This document shows positions 24,905-41,190 of a stretch of 64,000 nucleotides of DNA, piece after piece. The notes below the pieces were generated by a model that ran no database searches, had not been told where the DNA came from, and saw only the letters and a program-made list of their open reading frames with translations. Origin of the DNA: Escherichia phage EC6; the sequence record JX560968; one strand, 5' to 3'. The position numbers were made by a program, and so were the translations under genes. Each line of letters starts with the position of its first letter. The first letter of the stretch is position 1.

Positions 24905-25386
24905 TGGTTAAAAGGGTTATTCACCCCGCTAGAGCAAAATTAGTCGGGGCTATGAAGAACTTGCAAACGGCTAATGCTCAAGTTGGGTATTTTCAAGAAC
25001 AAGGTCAACATAGCTCTGGTTTTTCTTATCCTGCTTTAATGTATTTACAAGAAGTTATTGGGGTTCCTTCAGCTTCTGGTAAAGTATATCGTAGGTTGTT
25101 TGAAATCACTATGATGCTAAACAAACAGACCTTGTTAGAGCAGACTAAGAAGAATCTATATAAGCAACTTAGCAGTCTCAACACAGACCCTTCAAATACC
25201 TTAGAAGCATTTGCAAAGAATACTCAAAAGGCAATTAAAAGGGGTTTTGGTAATTCTGCTATCCTCCCTCCTAACGCACCTTCCACAGTCAAGAAAAAAG
25301 GCTTTAACGCACCTCTTGTTGAGACAGGTGACTTAAGAGATAACCTTGCTTATAAAATTTCTACTAAGAAGGGTATTAAGAAATGA
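24904..25386 (+). CDS. hypothetical head-tail joining protein (160 aa)
   Basis: Position; overlapping start/stop coupling. Confidence 0.4.
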   Translation: MVKRVIHPARAKLVGAMKNLQTANAQVGYFQEQGQHSSGFSYPALMYLQEVIGVPSASGKVYRRLFEITMMLNKQTLLEQTKKNLYKQLSSLNTDPSNTLEAFAKNTQKAIKRGFGNSAILPPNAPSTVKKKGFNAPLVETGDLRDNLAYKISTKKGIKK

Positions 25387-25784
25387 GACTCTTAAACAGA
25401 CACAGCTTTGTAGTAAAGCGTAAAGTCTCTGAAGACGGTTATTATAATGATGATGGTGATTGGGTAGCTTCACAAGATATTGTAGAGGTTAACTGTAAAG
25501 GTAATATCCAGCCGTATATCAAAGGTTCTGTAAAGAATGGTACACAGATTGCTTTACCGGAAGGTATTAGACTTACTGATACAAGAATCCTGTATACCAC
25601 ATATAAACTTAGAACTTCAGATGATGTAGAGTGGAATGAGTCTGATATTGTTATGATTGATGGTCATGAGTATGAAGTATTTATGACTATGGATTGGTCA
25701 CAGCAATTAGCCCATACATCCCATTATGAGTATATCATTATTAGAAGGGATAAAATGAATGCAGTTAGAAACAGCAGAACTTGA
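25383..25784 (+). CDS. hypothetical head-tail joining protein (133 aa)
   Basis: Position; translational coupling. Confidence 0.4.
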   Translation: MRLLNRHSFVVKRKVSEDGYYNDDGDWVASQDIVEVNCKGNIQPYIKGSVKNGTQIALPEGIRLTDTRILYTTYKLRTSDDVEWNESDIVMIDGHEYEVFMTMDWSQQLAHTSHYEYIIIRRDKMNAVRNSRT

Positions 25785-26358
25785 AAAAGGTCTAGTTAGA
25801 ACCTTAGTGGATGTTATTGGTCACAGACTAGCTCGTGATAAAAATAATAGACCAAATGTAATTAGAGCTTACCCTTCTGATAACTCAAATGACAAAGGTT
25901 TAAAACCTGACCAGCCATTTATTACCGTATATTGTCAAGACGCTGCAACACCTTATGGTTGGGTTCTTGATAAGTTTGTTGAGGATGATGTAGTTTGCTA
26001 CAGAATTGCTTTTCAGATTCCAGTATTAATTACGGTAAATGGTAAAGGTGCTCACAGTATTATGCTTGAGCTTAAACAACGATTAGAGATGAGTTCAGTC
26101 AGAGATTTAATTCTTGAAGAGACAGGAGCTACAGTTTTAGACACTGGAGCTATCCCAAATGACTACACTTATCTTAATACAGATTTCGAAAATTCTGCAC
26201 CTCTTGTTGTAACTCTTGTAAAAAATTCAGTCCTGAAAGATGAACGTGGAAGTATTATTGAGCGTGTCATTGTTGATGGTGAATTAGTTTACGAAGAAGG
26301 ACAAGAGCCACCAGAATATACTATCCATCTAGATGTAGACTCCAAAGGGGTAAAATAA
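25759..26358 (+). CDS. hypothetical tail-completion protein (199 aa)
   Basis: Position directly upstream of the sheath gene. Confidence 0.4.
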   Translation: MQLETAELEKGLVRTLVDVIGHRLARDKNNRPNVIRAYPSDNSNDKGLKPDQPFITVYCQDAATPYGWVLDKFVEDDVVCYRIAFQIPVLITVNGKGAHSIMLELKQRLEMSSVRDLILEETGATVLDTGAIPNDYTYLNTDFENSAPLVVTLVKNSVLKDERGSIIERVIVDGELVYEEGQEPPEYTIHLDVDSKGVK

Positions 26359-27711
26359 ATGTGGAATCCAATTGTTAATGTAGATATTACATTGAACACC
26401 GCAGGAACTACAAGAGAAGGTTTTGGGCTGCCACTATTTTTAGCTTCAACAGATAACTTTGAAGAAAGAGTCCGTGGTTACACTTCCTTAACTGAAGTTG
26501 CTGAAGATTTCGATGAAAATTCTGCTGCATATAAGGCTGCTAAACAACTTTGGAGTCAGACTCCTAAAGTAACTCAGCTTTATATTGGTAGACGTGCTAT
26601 GCAGTACACTGTATCAATTCCTGATGAGGTTACTGAGAGCACCGACTATTCTTTAACTGTAGCTGTGAGCGGTGGAGTTTCTCAGCCATTCCAGTACACT
26701 TCACAGTCAGAAGATACTGCTGAGAAGGTGCTACAGCAGCTTAAAACTCAGATTGAAGCAGAACCTTCTGTAAAAGACCTTGTTACTGTCAATGTAACTG
26801 GTGCTGGCGGTTCAGCAACAATGGTAATCACCAAAGCTGGTGTCAACGACTTCGTGAAGGTTACTACTACAGCACAAACAGTGTCAATTGCAAGCACAAC
26901 TGCTGACACAGCATCGACTGCTCTGGCAGCTATTGAAGCGTATTCAACTGACTGGTATTTCATTGCAGCAGAAGACAGAACTCAACAGTTTGTCTTAGCA
27001 ATGGCTTCTGAGATTCAAGCTCGTAAGAAGATTTTCTTTACAGCTAACTCCGATGTAGCAGCACTGCAAGGTACAGAATTAGCGAGTGCAAATGATGTTC
27101 CAGCACAGCTTGCTAAGAATCAGTACACTCGTACAGTTTGCTTGTGGCATCACACAGCAGCAGAAGACTATCCAGAAATGGCTTATATTGCTTATGGTGC
27201 TCCGTATGATGCAGGTTCAATTGCTTGGGGTAACGCACAGCTAACTGGCGTAGCTGCTTCTCTACAGCCATCTAATCAGAGACCTCTGACAAGTATTCAG
27301 AAGTCAGCTTTAGATGCACGTCACTGTAACTTTATTGACCTTGATGGTGGTGTTCCAGTGGTTCGTAGAGGGATTACTTCTGGTGGGGAATGGATTGATA
27401 TCATCCGTGGTGTTGACTGGTTAGAATCAGACCTGAAAACTTCTCTGAGAGACTTGCTAATTAACCAGAAGGGTGGTAAGATTACTTATGATGATACTGG
27501 TATTACCCGTATTCGTCAAGTCATTGAAACCTCTCTGCAAAGAGCAGTCAACAGAAACTTCCTGTCATCTTACACAGTTAATGTTCCTAAAGCCTCTCAA
27601 GTTGCTTTGGCAGACAAGAAAGCTCGTATCCTGAAAGATGTTACCTTCGCAGGTATCTTGGCAGGGGCTATCTTGGATGTTGACTTGAAAGGTACAGTGG
27701 CTTACGAATAA
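26359..27711 (+). CDS. tail sheath protein (putative)
   Basis: 450-aa ORF followed by a ~150-aa tube gene, two small chaperone-like ORFs and a tape measure gene: the canonical contractile-tail order. Confidence 0.5.
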   Translation: MWNPIVNVDITLNTAGTTREGFGLPLFLASTDNFEERVRGYTSLTEVAEDFDENSAAYKAAKQLWSQTPKVTQLYIGRRAMQYTVSIPDEVTESTDYSLTVAVSGGVSQPFQYTSQSEDTAEKVLQQLKTQIEAEPSVKDLVTVNVTGAGGSATMVITKAGVNDFVKVTTTAQTVSIASTTADTASTALAAIEAYSTDWYFIAAEDRTQQFVLAMASEIQARKKIFFTANSDVAALQGTELASANDVPAQLAKNQYTRTVCLWHHTAAEDYPEMAYIAYGAPYDAGSIAWGNAQLTGVAASLQPSNQRPLTSIQKSALDARHCNFIDLDGGVPVVRRGITSGGEWIDIIRGVDWLESDLKTSLRDLLINQKGGKITYDDTGITRIRQVIETSLQRAVNRNFLSSYTVNVPKASQVALADKKARILKDVTFAGILAGAILDVDLKGTVAYE

Positions 27712-27726
27712 TAGAGGTAAATTGGA

Positions 27727-28173
27727 ATGGCTATGTATCAGCAATATTCCCCTAAAGACGTTGTGTGTAGCTGGAATGGTATTGCCATTGAAGGCTTTGC
27801 CCCAGACTCATTCTTACGTCTACAGAGAACATCACCACTTGTGACACCAGTTGTAGGTGCAGGTGGTCAGGTTGCTCTGACAAGAAGTGCAGACAAGACA
27901 GGTACTATTGAGATTGAGCTAATGCAGACTTCTCTCTCTAATCAGATGCTTTCTGCAATTCAAGCTAAACAAGACAATATGGAACTTGAAGAAGATATCT
28001 CTTCTAACTTCGTAATCTACGACCCATCAGGCTCTGTTCTGGCAACTGGTATTAATGCTTGGTTGCAGGAATTACCACAGATTGAACTTGGTCGTGACCA
28101 GAACTCTAAAACTTGGATTTTTGGTTGTGAGAAGCTAGACTACACTTCTACAATTCCAGCGTCAAGTGTTTAA
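27727..28173 (+). CDS. tail tube protein (putative)
   Basis: 148-aa ORF immediately after the sheath gene, followed by a terminator. Confidence 0.5.
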   Translation: MAMYQQYSPKDVVCSWNGIAIEGFAPDSFLRLQRTSPLVTPVVGAGGQVALTRSADKTGTIEIELMQTSLSNQMLSAIQAKQDNMELEEDISSNFVIYDPSGSVLATGINAWLQELPQIELGRDQNSKTWIFGCEKLDYTSTIPASSV

Positions 28174-28185
28174 TAAATCCTATAA

Positions 28186-28217
28186 GGGGGAGACTTTAAA
28201 AGGTCTTCCCCTTTTTG
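28186..28217 (+). terminator. rho-independent terminator
   Basis: Hairpin GGGGGAGAC...GTCTTCCCC followed by T5 after the tube gene. Confidence 0.5.
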
Positions 28218-28245
28218 TTTCTTTTAAAAGTATTAAGGAATCACA

Positions 28246-28644
28246 ATGAAAACAGAATCTAGAGTAATTAACGGTAAGAAAGTAAATATCGTTCTGCTTG
28301 GGGCAAGAGATGGTATTAAGATGTCTATGAAGTTGGGTAAAATTGTTGTTCCAACATTTGCACAGATGCTGTCAAGCCTGACTGATAAAGATAAGAAAGA
28401 AGCTCCAATGGTTCCATTTAAAGAACTTGTTGAAGCTTGTTTTGACAGAATTGAAGAAATTAACCTTGAAGAAATGGCTACCCTGTTATTTCAAGGTGCA
28501 ACTGTTGATGACTTCCCACTTAATATTGATACATACTTCCAAGCAAACTACGGTGAATTTATTGATTACTTAGCATTTGCGCTGGAGGCAAACTTCGGAA
28601 GTTTTTTCGAAGCAAGCATTTTCAAAAGCCTAACTTCTCAGTAA
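28246..28644 (+). CDS. tail assembly chaperone (putative)
   Basis: 132-aa ORF directly upstream of the tape measure gene. Confidence 0.45.
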   Translation: MKTESRVINGKKVNIVLLGARDGIKMSMKLGKIVVPTFAQMLSSLTDKDKKEAPMVPFKELVEACFDRIEEINLEEMATLLFQGATVDDFPLNIDTYFQANYGEFIDYLAFALEANFGSFFEASIFKSLTSQ

Positions 28645-28646
28645 AC

Positions 28647-28885
28647 ATGGGTAACACTCTACAGACACCACTGACTGATGCTGCTGTAGAGGCAACCTAT
28701 GAAGAAGCAGACGAGATGAAATTTGTGCTTGCTATTTATGGTATGGAAGGGTGTAAAGAAACACTTGACCAACTCTTTGCTATGACATTCTCTGATTTAT
28801 TATCATTGAGACAATTTCTTGAGATTCAGAGGTCGTATAAAGAGGAAATTGCTTACAACGAACTTAGAAGAGCAGGAAAAATGTA

Positions 28886-28886
<1 letters not shown>
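28647..28886 (+). CDS. hypothetical protein (79 aa), possible second tail chaperone
   Basis: Small ORF between chaperone and tape measure; stop overlaps the tape measure start. Confidence 0.35.
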
Positions 28887-34285
<5,399 letters not shown>

Positions 34286-34286
<1 letters not shown>

Positions 34287-35755
34287 TGGCAGGACTAACT
34301 ACAACAGGATTACAAACTCTAAGATATCAGGAGATTTTTGATAATATCAAATCAAGACTTCTTAGAGATATTTCACCAAACCTTGACGTTTCTGAAGATA
34401 GTCAATTAGGACTCTTCCTAGCTTCAATTGCAAGGTCTTTAGCAGATACCCATGAGATTCTATCAGAAGTCTATGACGGTGGAACAATTGACAAGGCCGA
34501 AGGCTTTAACCTTGATGATATTACAGCTTTAAATGCTGTATATAGATATGTTGCTCAGGCAACAAGAGGTCAGGTAGAGTTTACTGGAACGACTGGTGCT
34601 ACCATTCCTTCAACAACAAGACTAAGAAGTACTGCCGGAAATATCTTTTATCCAGTTAACAACATTACCCTAACCCCATCATATTGTGTTGAAGCTGTCC
34701 TTGAAGTTAACTCTTTACGAACTGATGCAGATTATGTTATTATTATTGATAACGTCATTTTCTCATATAAACCAACCTCATCAGACACAATCACCACACT
34801 TCTAACAAAATTAGCAGAAGCTATTAATGGTGGTATTGTAGCAAAGGCAGAAGTCATTAATGATGGAGCATCATTAAGAGTCTATAAAGATGAGGGTGAT
34901 ATCATTGCCAGAACAAACCCTATGGTTGTCACTGCGACAACGTTTCTGACCTTTACAAAAATTACAACTATTTCAGATGTAGTAGCTGAAGAGGTGGGTG
35001 CTACTCCTGCTTTGGCTGGTACACTTATTGAGATTGAGACAACTGTTGATGGTCTTGACAGTATTTATAACAGGTATGACTTAACAACTGGTAGAAACGA
35101 AGAAACTGACACAGAACTTAGACAGAGATATTTAGAATCCTTAGCAGTTACTGGTGTAGGGACTTTAGATGCAATTGTAGCTGCTGTTAAAAGAGTTCAA
35201 GGTGTCTCAGATGCTTCAGGTGTTGAAAATGATACTGAAGAGACAAACTCAGAAGGTCTTCCACCAAAATCTTTTAAGATTGTCGTAGTTGGTGGTCAAA
35301 ATGATAATGTAGCTCAGGCAATCTGGGATACAAAACCTGCTGGTATTAGGGCTTATGGCTCAATTTTTGGTACAGCCTATGATTTAGGTGGTTTGGCACA
35401 TAATATCTATTTTAGCAGACCAACACCAAAATACGCATTTGTTAAGGTGTCTTACTCACTATATGATGAAGAAAGCTTGACAATCCCTGAAGAGGATATC
35501 AGAGACAGTATTGTACAAGGTATTAATGCCTACGGAAGAACTCTTAAGGTTGGTAATGACGTTATCCCTAACAGAATCTATGGATATATCTATGACGTAA
35601 TTAAAGGTATTGAGATTAATGAAGTTAAAGTAGCATTATCAAACAGTCAATCAGTTCCACCTAGTGACGGACAATATACTACAGCAAGAATTACTGTTGA
35701 CGGTGACCAATATACTGTTTGGGAAAGCAGCCAGTATACCATCACTAAGGAGTAA
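34286..35755 (+). CDS. baseplate J-like protein (putative)
   Basis: 489-aa ORF in the canonical W-J-I order. Confidence 0.45.
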
Positions 35756-35757
35756 TA

Positions 35758-36612
35758 ATGTTTGAAAAGATTGATAGTGTTTATTACAAAACACTTGATG
35801 AACGAACTGTAACACAGTTTAAAGATAAGTTTATCTACACAAGCATCTTGAAAGCAATCACTGATGAGTTACAAACACTAGAGGATGTTTGCTGGCAGAT
35901 GCACACAGAGAGAAATATCAGGACATCAGTAGGTCAACAACTTGATAATATTGGCTCACTGATTAAAGTTCCTAGACCTTTAGGTGCTGATGATGAAACA
36001 TATAGAGCTATGCTTTATATCCAAATCTTCCTAAGACGCTCTGACACTACTCCAACATTCTTGCAAAAAGCAATTATGACACTGTATGGTGCAACTTTCT
36101 CTCAGATTTTTGAGCATATTACCCCTAAGACTGGGGGTATCGTTATCCGTATCAACACTAGGAAAAGTGTTCTAGATGCTGCATATACACTGTCAAAGAT
36201 TTCTGCAACAACTACTGGCTCCGCTGTTATCTTAAGAGATGTTACTTTAAAAGGAACTGCTTGGACTCCTGTAGAGGTTGCTGATTCATCACTTGCTATT
36301 GTTGATGATAAAGAGAACTGGTTTGTAACTGACGCTAACAGAGGTCTTGTCACAAATAACACTGGTGGCTCTCTGGAGTCCAACATAGTAGGGAGCCTTG
36401 CAGATGCTGGTGTTATTGATGGTTACTTTAAGGTTGACAGAACAGCAAACTCACAGAGTGATGATTATATGACTGTAGATAGGTCTAATAACAGTGGATA
36501 TTTCATCGTTGGTAAAGAAGCTATCGCAGGTGGTGCATACGGAATCATGGCTGAGGTTGCACAAATTGTCAAAGGCAGAAAAGATAAATCACAACAAGAA
36601 GGAAATTCTTAA
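35758..36612 (+). CDS. baseplate/tail-fibre-associated protein (putative)
   Basis: 284-aa ORF following the J-like gene. Confidence 0.4.
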   Translation: MFEKIDSVYYKTLDERTVTQFKDKFIYTSILKAITDELQTLEDVCWQMHTERNIRTSVGQQLDNIGSLIKVPRPLGADDETYRAMLYIQIFLRRSDTTPTFLQKAIMTLYGATFSQIFEHITPKTGGIVIRINTRKSVLDAAYTLSKISATTTGSAVILRDVTLKGTAWTPVEVADSSLAIVDDKENWFVTDANRGLVTNNTGGSLESNIVGSLADAGVIDGYFKVDRTANSQSDDYMTVDRSNNSGYFIVGKEAIAGGAYGIMAEVAQIVKGRKDKSQQEGNS

Positions 36613-36914
36613 TGGCAGTTTTAAATTGGTCTACAAATGAAGTAGATACTGATGGTAATCAGTTAAAAGTTTTACCACCACCGGAAATTCAAGAGACAGG
36701 TCTTTTAAAGGGTGAGCCTATGGGTAGACAGTGGTTCAACTATATTATCAACTACCTGCTGAATAAAGTAAACGGCACTGTCGGTGAAGTTCGCTCATAT
36801 GCAACTGAGCAACCAGATTTAGTGGCTAATGGCTGGAATCTGATTAAGTCTGAGACAGGGACTGCATCAACAAGTACAAGAAACCTTTACACATATGAAT
36901 ATGTAGGAGCTTAA
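36612..36914 (+). CDS. hypothetical protein (100 aa)
   Basis: Small ORF upstream of the tail fibre gene. Confidence 0.4.
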   Translation: MAVLNWSTNEVDTDGNQLKVLPPPEIQETGLLKGEPMGRQWFNYIINYLLNKVNGTVGEVRSYATEQPDLVANGWNLIKSETGTASTSTRNLYTYEYVGA

Positions 36915-36916
36915 TA

Positions 36917-38092
36917 ATGGCAGTAGGTGAAATTCAAATTAGTGCCTTGCCACAAGCGGCCTTACCAGTTGATTTAAGTGATATCTTCCACCTTAAGCAA
37001 GGTGTTGAAGATAAAAGATGTACGCTTGAACAGTTGTTAGCACCTCACGCATCTCTGAGGAATAACCCTCATGGTGTAACTAAATCACAAGTTGGTCTTG
37101 ATAATGTTATTAACTCTCTTCAATTAGTTGCAGCTAATAACTTATCAGACATTGTGAATGTTGCTGAGGCAAGAGCAAATCTACAAATTATGTCGTCAGA
37201 GGAAGTGAATAACTTAATTCAGCAACATATTGACGACAAAAGTAACCCACACAATACAACGAAAGCACAGGTTGGTTTAAGTAATGTTCAGAACTGGACA
37301 ACATCTAATCTGTACAATGAAGATGCTGATAAGTATGCTACCGCGAGAGCAGTGAATAATTTATACAAAGCTATCCAAACATCATATCCAGTAGGGACTA
37401 TTCATCTATCTGTTAACTCTGCTAACCCGTCCACTTACTTGCTTTGTGGAGGTACTTGGGAGTTAGTTTCTAAAGGTAGGGCGCTTGTTGGTTATGATAC
37501 AGAAGCTAGACCTGTTGGTTCAACGTTCGGTTCTCAGACTGTAGCATTAACAAATAATAATTTACCAGCACACACCCACTCTATCTATTTAACAGGTGGT
37601 GGTCATACACACTCTGCAAGTGTATCTATCTCTAGTTTTGATTATGGTTCAAAGAGTACATCAACTTTTGACTACGGTACGAAGGCAACTAACAGTGCTG
37701 GTGCTCACACCCACACATTTAGTGGAACGACAAGTAATGAGGGTAACCACAACCATAGAGTACCTCTGAGGGGTAATGATAGAAGTGGGTTAAATGCTAT
37801 TACCGCATCTGCTGATGCTGGGGTTGGTAATGCTTCGTATACTGATTTAGCTGGTGCTCACACCCATAGCTTCTCAGGTACAACTGCATCATCTGGTGCT
37901 CATAGTCATACTGTTGCAATTGGTGCTCACAGCCACACTGTTAATATTGGTTCACACAGTCATACGGGCACTGTTACTGTTTCTAGCTCTGAGCATACAC
38001 ACTCAGGGACATCTGGTTCTGTTGGTGGTGGTCAAGCTTTCAGTGTTGAGCAGCCATCTTTTGTAGTATATGTGTGGCAGAGAACAGCTTAA
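36917..38092 (+). CDS. tail fibre protein with His-x-His repeat tip domain
   Basis: Repeated NPHGVTKSQVGLDNV / NPHNTTKAQVGLSNV fibre motifs; C-terminal run of HTHS, HSHT, HNHR motifs resembling the metal-binding tips of T4-type long tail fibres. Confidence 0.65.
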   Translation: MAVGEIQISALPQAALPVDLSDIFHLKQGVEDKRCTLEQLLAPHASLRNNPHGVTKSQVGLDNVINSLQLVAANNLSDIVNVAEARANLQIMSSEEVNNLIQQHIDDKSNPHNTTKAQVGLSNVQNWTTSNLYNEDADKYATARAVNNLYKAIQTSYPVGTIHLSVNSANPSTYLLCGGTWELVSKGRALVGYDTEARPVGSTFGSQTVALTNNNLPAHTHSIYLTGGGHTHSASVSISSFDYGSKSTSTFDYGTKATNSAGAHTHTFSGTTSNEGNHNHRVPLRGNDRSGLNAITASADAGVGNASYTDLAGAHTHSFSGTTASSGAHSHTVAIGAHSHTVNIGSHSHTGTVTVSSSEHTHSGTSGSVGGGQAFSVEQPSFVVYVWQRTA

Positions 38093-38102
38093 TTTCTTTA
38101 CA

Positions 38103-38122
38103 GGGGCTTTATAGCCCCTTTT
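38103..38122 (+). terminator. rho-independent terminator
   Basis: Hairpin GGGGCTTTATAGCCCC followed by TTTT. Confidence 0.55.
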
Positions 38123-38138
38123 AAGAGGAAAATTTATA

Positions 38139-39764
38139 ATGGCAGATTACAAATTGAGTCAATTAAACTCAATCGACACAATTCGTTCAGAAGACCTATT
38201 GCACATCAGAGTTAAGAAAAGACCTGAAATGTTGGGTGACGAAGACCGTAGAATGACCTATCAAGACTTCTTAGCTTCTTTCAAACTAGAAAGGTTTGTT
38301 CAGATTGCTGGGAGCACTATGACGGGGGATTTAGGTATTGTCAAGTTACTTTACGGTGGTAAGGTAGTATTTGACCCTACAGATTCTTCTGAGATTACTC
38401 TTGGGGATATTTTAAAGACTTTTAAAATCAACTCAAATGGGCTTAAACTCACTATTGCAGATGCCACAAGGTCAGCAACTGTTTATCATACTTTGAATAA
38501 ACCAAGTCCTAATGAACTTGGCATGAGAACTAATGAAGAGAATGATGCAAGATATTCAAGGCTTGCTGTTACAAATAACTTCAGTATTAGGCAAGCAATT
38601 GTAACTGATGGTGAGCAGTTAACTCTTAAGAAGGCAACCAATACAGGTGCTTCATATATTCAAGGTAGAGATGCTAATAACCAGCAAACTTGGTATGTTG
38701 GACAGGGAAATGCAAACAGTACTAATGTTTATTTGTACAATCATGCTACTGGTGCAATGTTAACCCTTGATGCAACAGCAGCATTTAACAAGTCACTTAG
38801 AATCGTTGGTCAAGTTCAACCTTCGGATTTCTCTAACTTAGATGCTAGATACTTCACTCAGACAGTCGCTAATCAGAGATTTGCACAGTTAGCTGGCAAT
38901 AATACTTTTACAGGTGCTAATACATTTAATAACTATATCAGTGTGAACTCTAATGCTGCTGCTATCGTGCTAAAAAATAAGTCTGCTAATGAGTCTTTGT
39001 ACATCCTAGCAAAAGATGTTGAAAACAATAATCTGTGGTTTATTGGTAAAGGTAGTGCAAATGACAATATCACATTTTATGATTACAAGGGCAATACTTC
39101 TATTGTATTAAACTCGTCTGGTGCTGCATTCAGCAAGACTGTAAAAATCACTGGTCAAGTCCAACCTTCAGATTGGACTAACATTGACTCTAGATATATT
39201 CCGGCAGCTACTTTGAGCAATCTTGCTAAAATTAATGTAGCTAACACATTTACCTCCCAGCAAATTATCCAAGCAAATGGTGAAGCTATTAGGCTAAAAA
39301 ACTCTTCTGAGAACTCACCATTGTATATCAGAGCACAGGACAACACTGGTGCTTATAGGTGGTATGTAGGTAATGGCTCGGGGGGTGATGATGTCACCAT
39401 CCGCAATCACAAGACAGATTGTGAGGTTATCCTATCTAGTGTCGTTGCTATTAATAAAACATTAAGCATCACTGGTCAAGTTAAACCCTCAGATTTCTCT
39501 AACTTAGATGCTAGATATTACACGCAATCTACCGCAAACTCTAGGTATATGCTTGCTTACTCTTCTGGCAGTGGTACAGAGGTGGGTGAGAGTGATGGTA
39601 TTGTTTGGAATGCTAAAACTGGTCTGTATAATGTGTATGATAAATCTGGTGGCGCAACACAGCTAGTCTACCATATGTATCAGGGTGCAAGTTCTACACC
39701 ATCTGCACAGTTTAAGTTTATCTACAGGAATGGTGGTAGTTTTTTACAGGACAGCACGAGATAG
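38139..39764 (+). CDS. tail fibre protein with three internal repeats
   Basis: 541 aa; three copies of ITGQV(Q/K)PSD(F/W)(S/T)N(L/I)D(A/S)RY plus repeated LYI(R/L)A(Q/K)D motifs. Confidence 0.6.
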   Translation: MADYKLSQLNSIDTIRSEDLLHIRVKKRPEMLGDEDRRMTYQDFLASFKLERFVQIAGSTMTGDLGIVKLLYGGKVVFDPTDSSEITLGDILKTFKINSNGLKLTIADATRSATVYHTLNKPSPNELGMRTNEENDARYSRLAVTNNFSIRQAIVTDGEQLTLKKATNTGASYIQGRDANNQQTWYVGQGNANSTNVYLYNHATGAMLTLDATAAFNKSLRIVGQVQPSDFSNLDARYFTQTVANQRFAQLAGNNTFTGANTFNNYISVNSNAAAIVLKNKSANESLYILAKDVENNNLWFIGKGSANDNITFYDYKGNTSIVLNSSGAAFSKTVKITGQVQPSDWTNIDSRYIPAATLSNLAKINVANTFTSQQIIQANGEAIRLKNSSENSPLYIRAQDNTGAYRWYVGNGSGGDDVTIRNHKTDCEVILSSVVAINKTLSITGQVKPSDFSNLDARYYTQSTANSRYMLAYSSGSGTEVGESDGIVWNAKTGLYNVYDKSGGATQLVYHMYQGASSTPSAQFKFIYRNGGSFLQDSTR

Positions 39765-40509
39765 GTATGGTTTTGAGCAGGCATGGGCTAAAATCTATAC
39801 AGACCAAGATAAACCAACCCCTTCAGAGATTGGTGCATACACTAAAGCTGAAACTGACCAGAAGATTGCAGAAGCAATCAGTGACTCTACAGACTTGAAT
39901 AAAATCTATCCAGTAGGTATTGTAACGTGGTTTAACAGTAATGTTAACCCTAATACAGCACTTCCTGGTCTAACTTGGACGTACCTGAATAATGGTGTTG
40001 GTAGAACTATCAGAATTGCAGCAGCAAATGGTTCAGATGTTGCTACAACTGGTGGTTCAGACTCTGTAACGTTATCTGTTGGTAACTTACCTTCACATAC
40101 GCATAGCTTCTCTGCTACCACTTCATCATTTGATTATGGTACTAAGACTTCTAGTACAACTGGTAACCATAACCATAACAGAGGTACTATGGAAATCTCA
40201 GGTGCATTTGGTTGGTTCAGAAGTGACAATAGTTCATTCTACACTGCGAGTGGAGCATTCGTGATGGGGAGCAGTCAGGCTTCGCATGGCTTCACAGGCT
40301 CTAACTTCACTTATGGTGCTCCTGTTGATTTCCACGCGTCAAGAACTTGGACAGGTGCAACCAACACAACAGGTAACCATAGCCATACTGTAGGTATTGG
40401 TGCTCACAGCCACACAGTTAGTGGTAACACAGGTGGTACTGGTTCTGGTTCAGCATTTAGTGTTACTAACCAGTTCTACAAGTTAATGGCTTGGGTAAGA
40501 ACTGCTTAA
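39685..40509 (+). CDS. tail fibre tip-domain protein (His-x-His repeats); may be fused to the upstream fibre via the T6 run at 39740-39745
   Basis: C-terminal ~230 aa is paralogous to the tip of the 36917 product (LPSHTHSF...GNHSHTVGIGAHSHTV...AFSVTNQ); the frame is open back into the upstream gene with no good RBS or ATG of its own. Confidence 0.45.
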   Translation: MQVLHHLHSLSLSTGMVVVFYRTARDRYGFEQAWAKIYTDQDKPTPSEIGAYTKAETDQKIAEAISDSTDLNKIYPVGIVTWFNSNVNPNTALPGLTWTYLNNGVGRTIRIAAANGSDVATTGGSDSVTLSVGNLPSHTHSFSATTSSFDYGTKTSSTTGNHNHNRGTMEISGAFGWFRSDNSSFYTASGAFVMGSSQASHGFTGSNFTYGAPVDFHASRTWTGATNTTGNHSHTVGIGAHSHTVSGNTGGTGSGSAFSVTNQFYKLMAWVRTA

Positions 40510-40588
40510 TCCCTTGTTGACTGATTGTTAAGATGGTGTTAATATTCTTTATGGGTATTCTCACCATCTTGGCTGATGAGGTGATTAA

Positions 40589-40786
40589 ATGCCTACAATC
40601 CTAGCAATTCTTCTAAAAAATCTAGGTAGCTTCTTCTGGAAACTCATTTTATCCCTTCTAAGTGAATACATGATTGAGAAAGTGTTCTTTAGACTTGCAA
40701 GATACCTTGCGAGTAAAACAGACACACCTATTGATGATGAGTTCGTAGATAACTTAGAAAAAGCTTTTAAGGGGGAGAATAAATGA
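40589..40786 (+). CDS. small membrane protein (65 aa), holin-like candidate
   Basis: One hydrophobic helix (LGSFFWKLILSLL) and a charged C-terminus; location after the tail fibres. Confidence 0.3.
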   Translation: MPTILAILLKNLGSFFWKLILSLLSEYMIEKVFFRLARYLASKTDTPIDDEFVDNLEKAFKGENK

Positions 40787-41154
40787 AGTGGCTAGAGGAA
40801 GCTTTTAAAAATAATATTGGTGCAATTGTAGTTGGTATTTTTAGTGTTATTGGGATGTATACCACCATGCAAGTTTCGGATGGTAAACAAGAAGTGTCTA
40901 TCACAACAAAGTTACAGCAGTTAGATAATTATTCCAAAAGTAATTATTCAGCTATTCGTGATTTACAGTCTGATATGAGGCTGCTTCAGCTAGGGATGGA
41001 GAACCAGAAAGTCCAGTTAGAGAATGTTAAGGGTGAGAACGCAAAACTTACTAAGACTCTTGATAAATTCTCTGATAGTGTAAACAATCTGGCTCAATCA
41101 GTATCAGCCCTCCAAGCTATTACTGAAAAGAACACAAAGAATACTGAAAAGTAA
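40783..41154 (+). CDS. membrane-anchored coiled-coil protein (123 aa)
   Basis: N-terminal TM segment (IGAIVVGIFSVIGMY) then a heptad-like helical region; spanin- or holin-associated role is speculative. Confidence 0.3.
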   Translation: MKWLEEAFKNNIGAIVVGIFSVIGMYTTMQVSDGKQEVSITTKLQQLDNYSKSNYSAIRDLQSDMRLLQLGMENQKVQLENVKGENAKLTKTLDKFSDSVNNLAQSVSALQAITEKNTKNTEK

Positions 41155-41161
41155 AGTTTAA

Positions 41162-41190
41162 GGCTCCTTTTTACGGGAGCCTTTTTGTTT
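41162..41190 (+). terminator. rho-independent terminator at convergent junction
   Basis: Hairpin GGCTCC-tttttac-GGGAGCC followed by a T-run, between the plus-strand late block and the minus-strand block. Confidence 0.55.
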
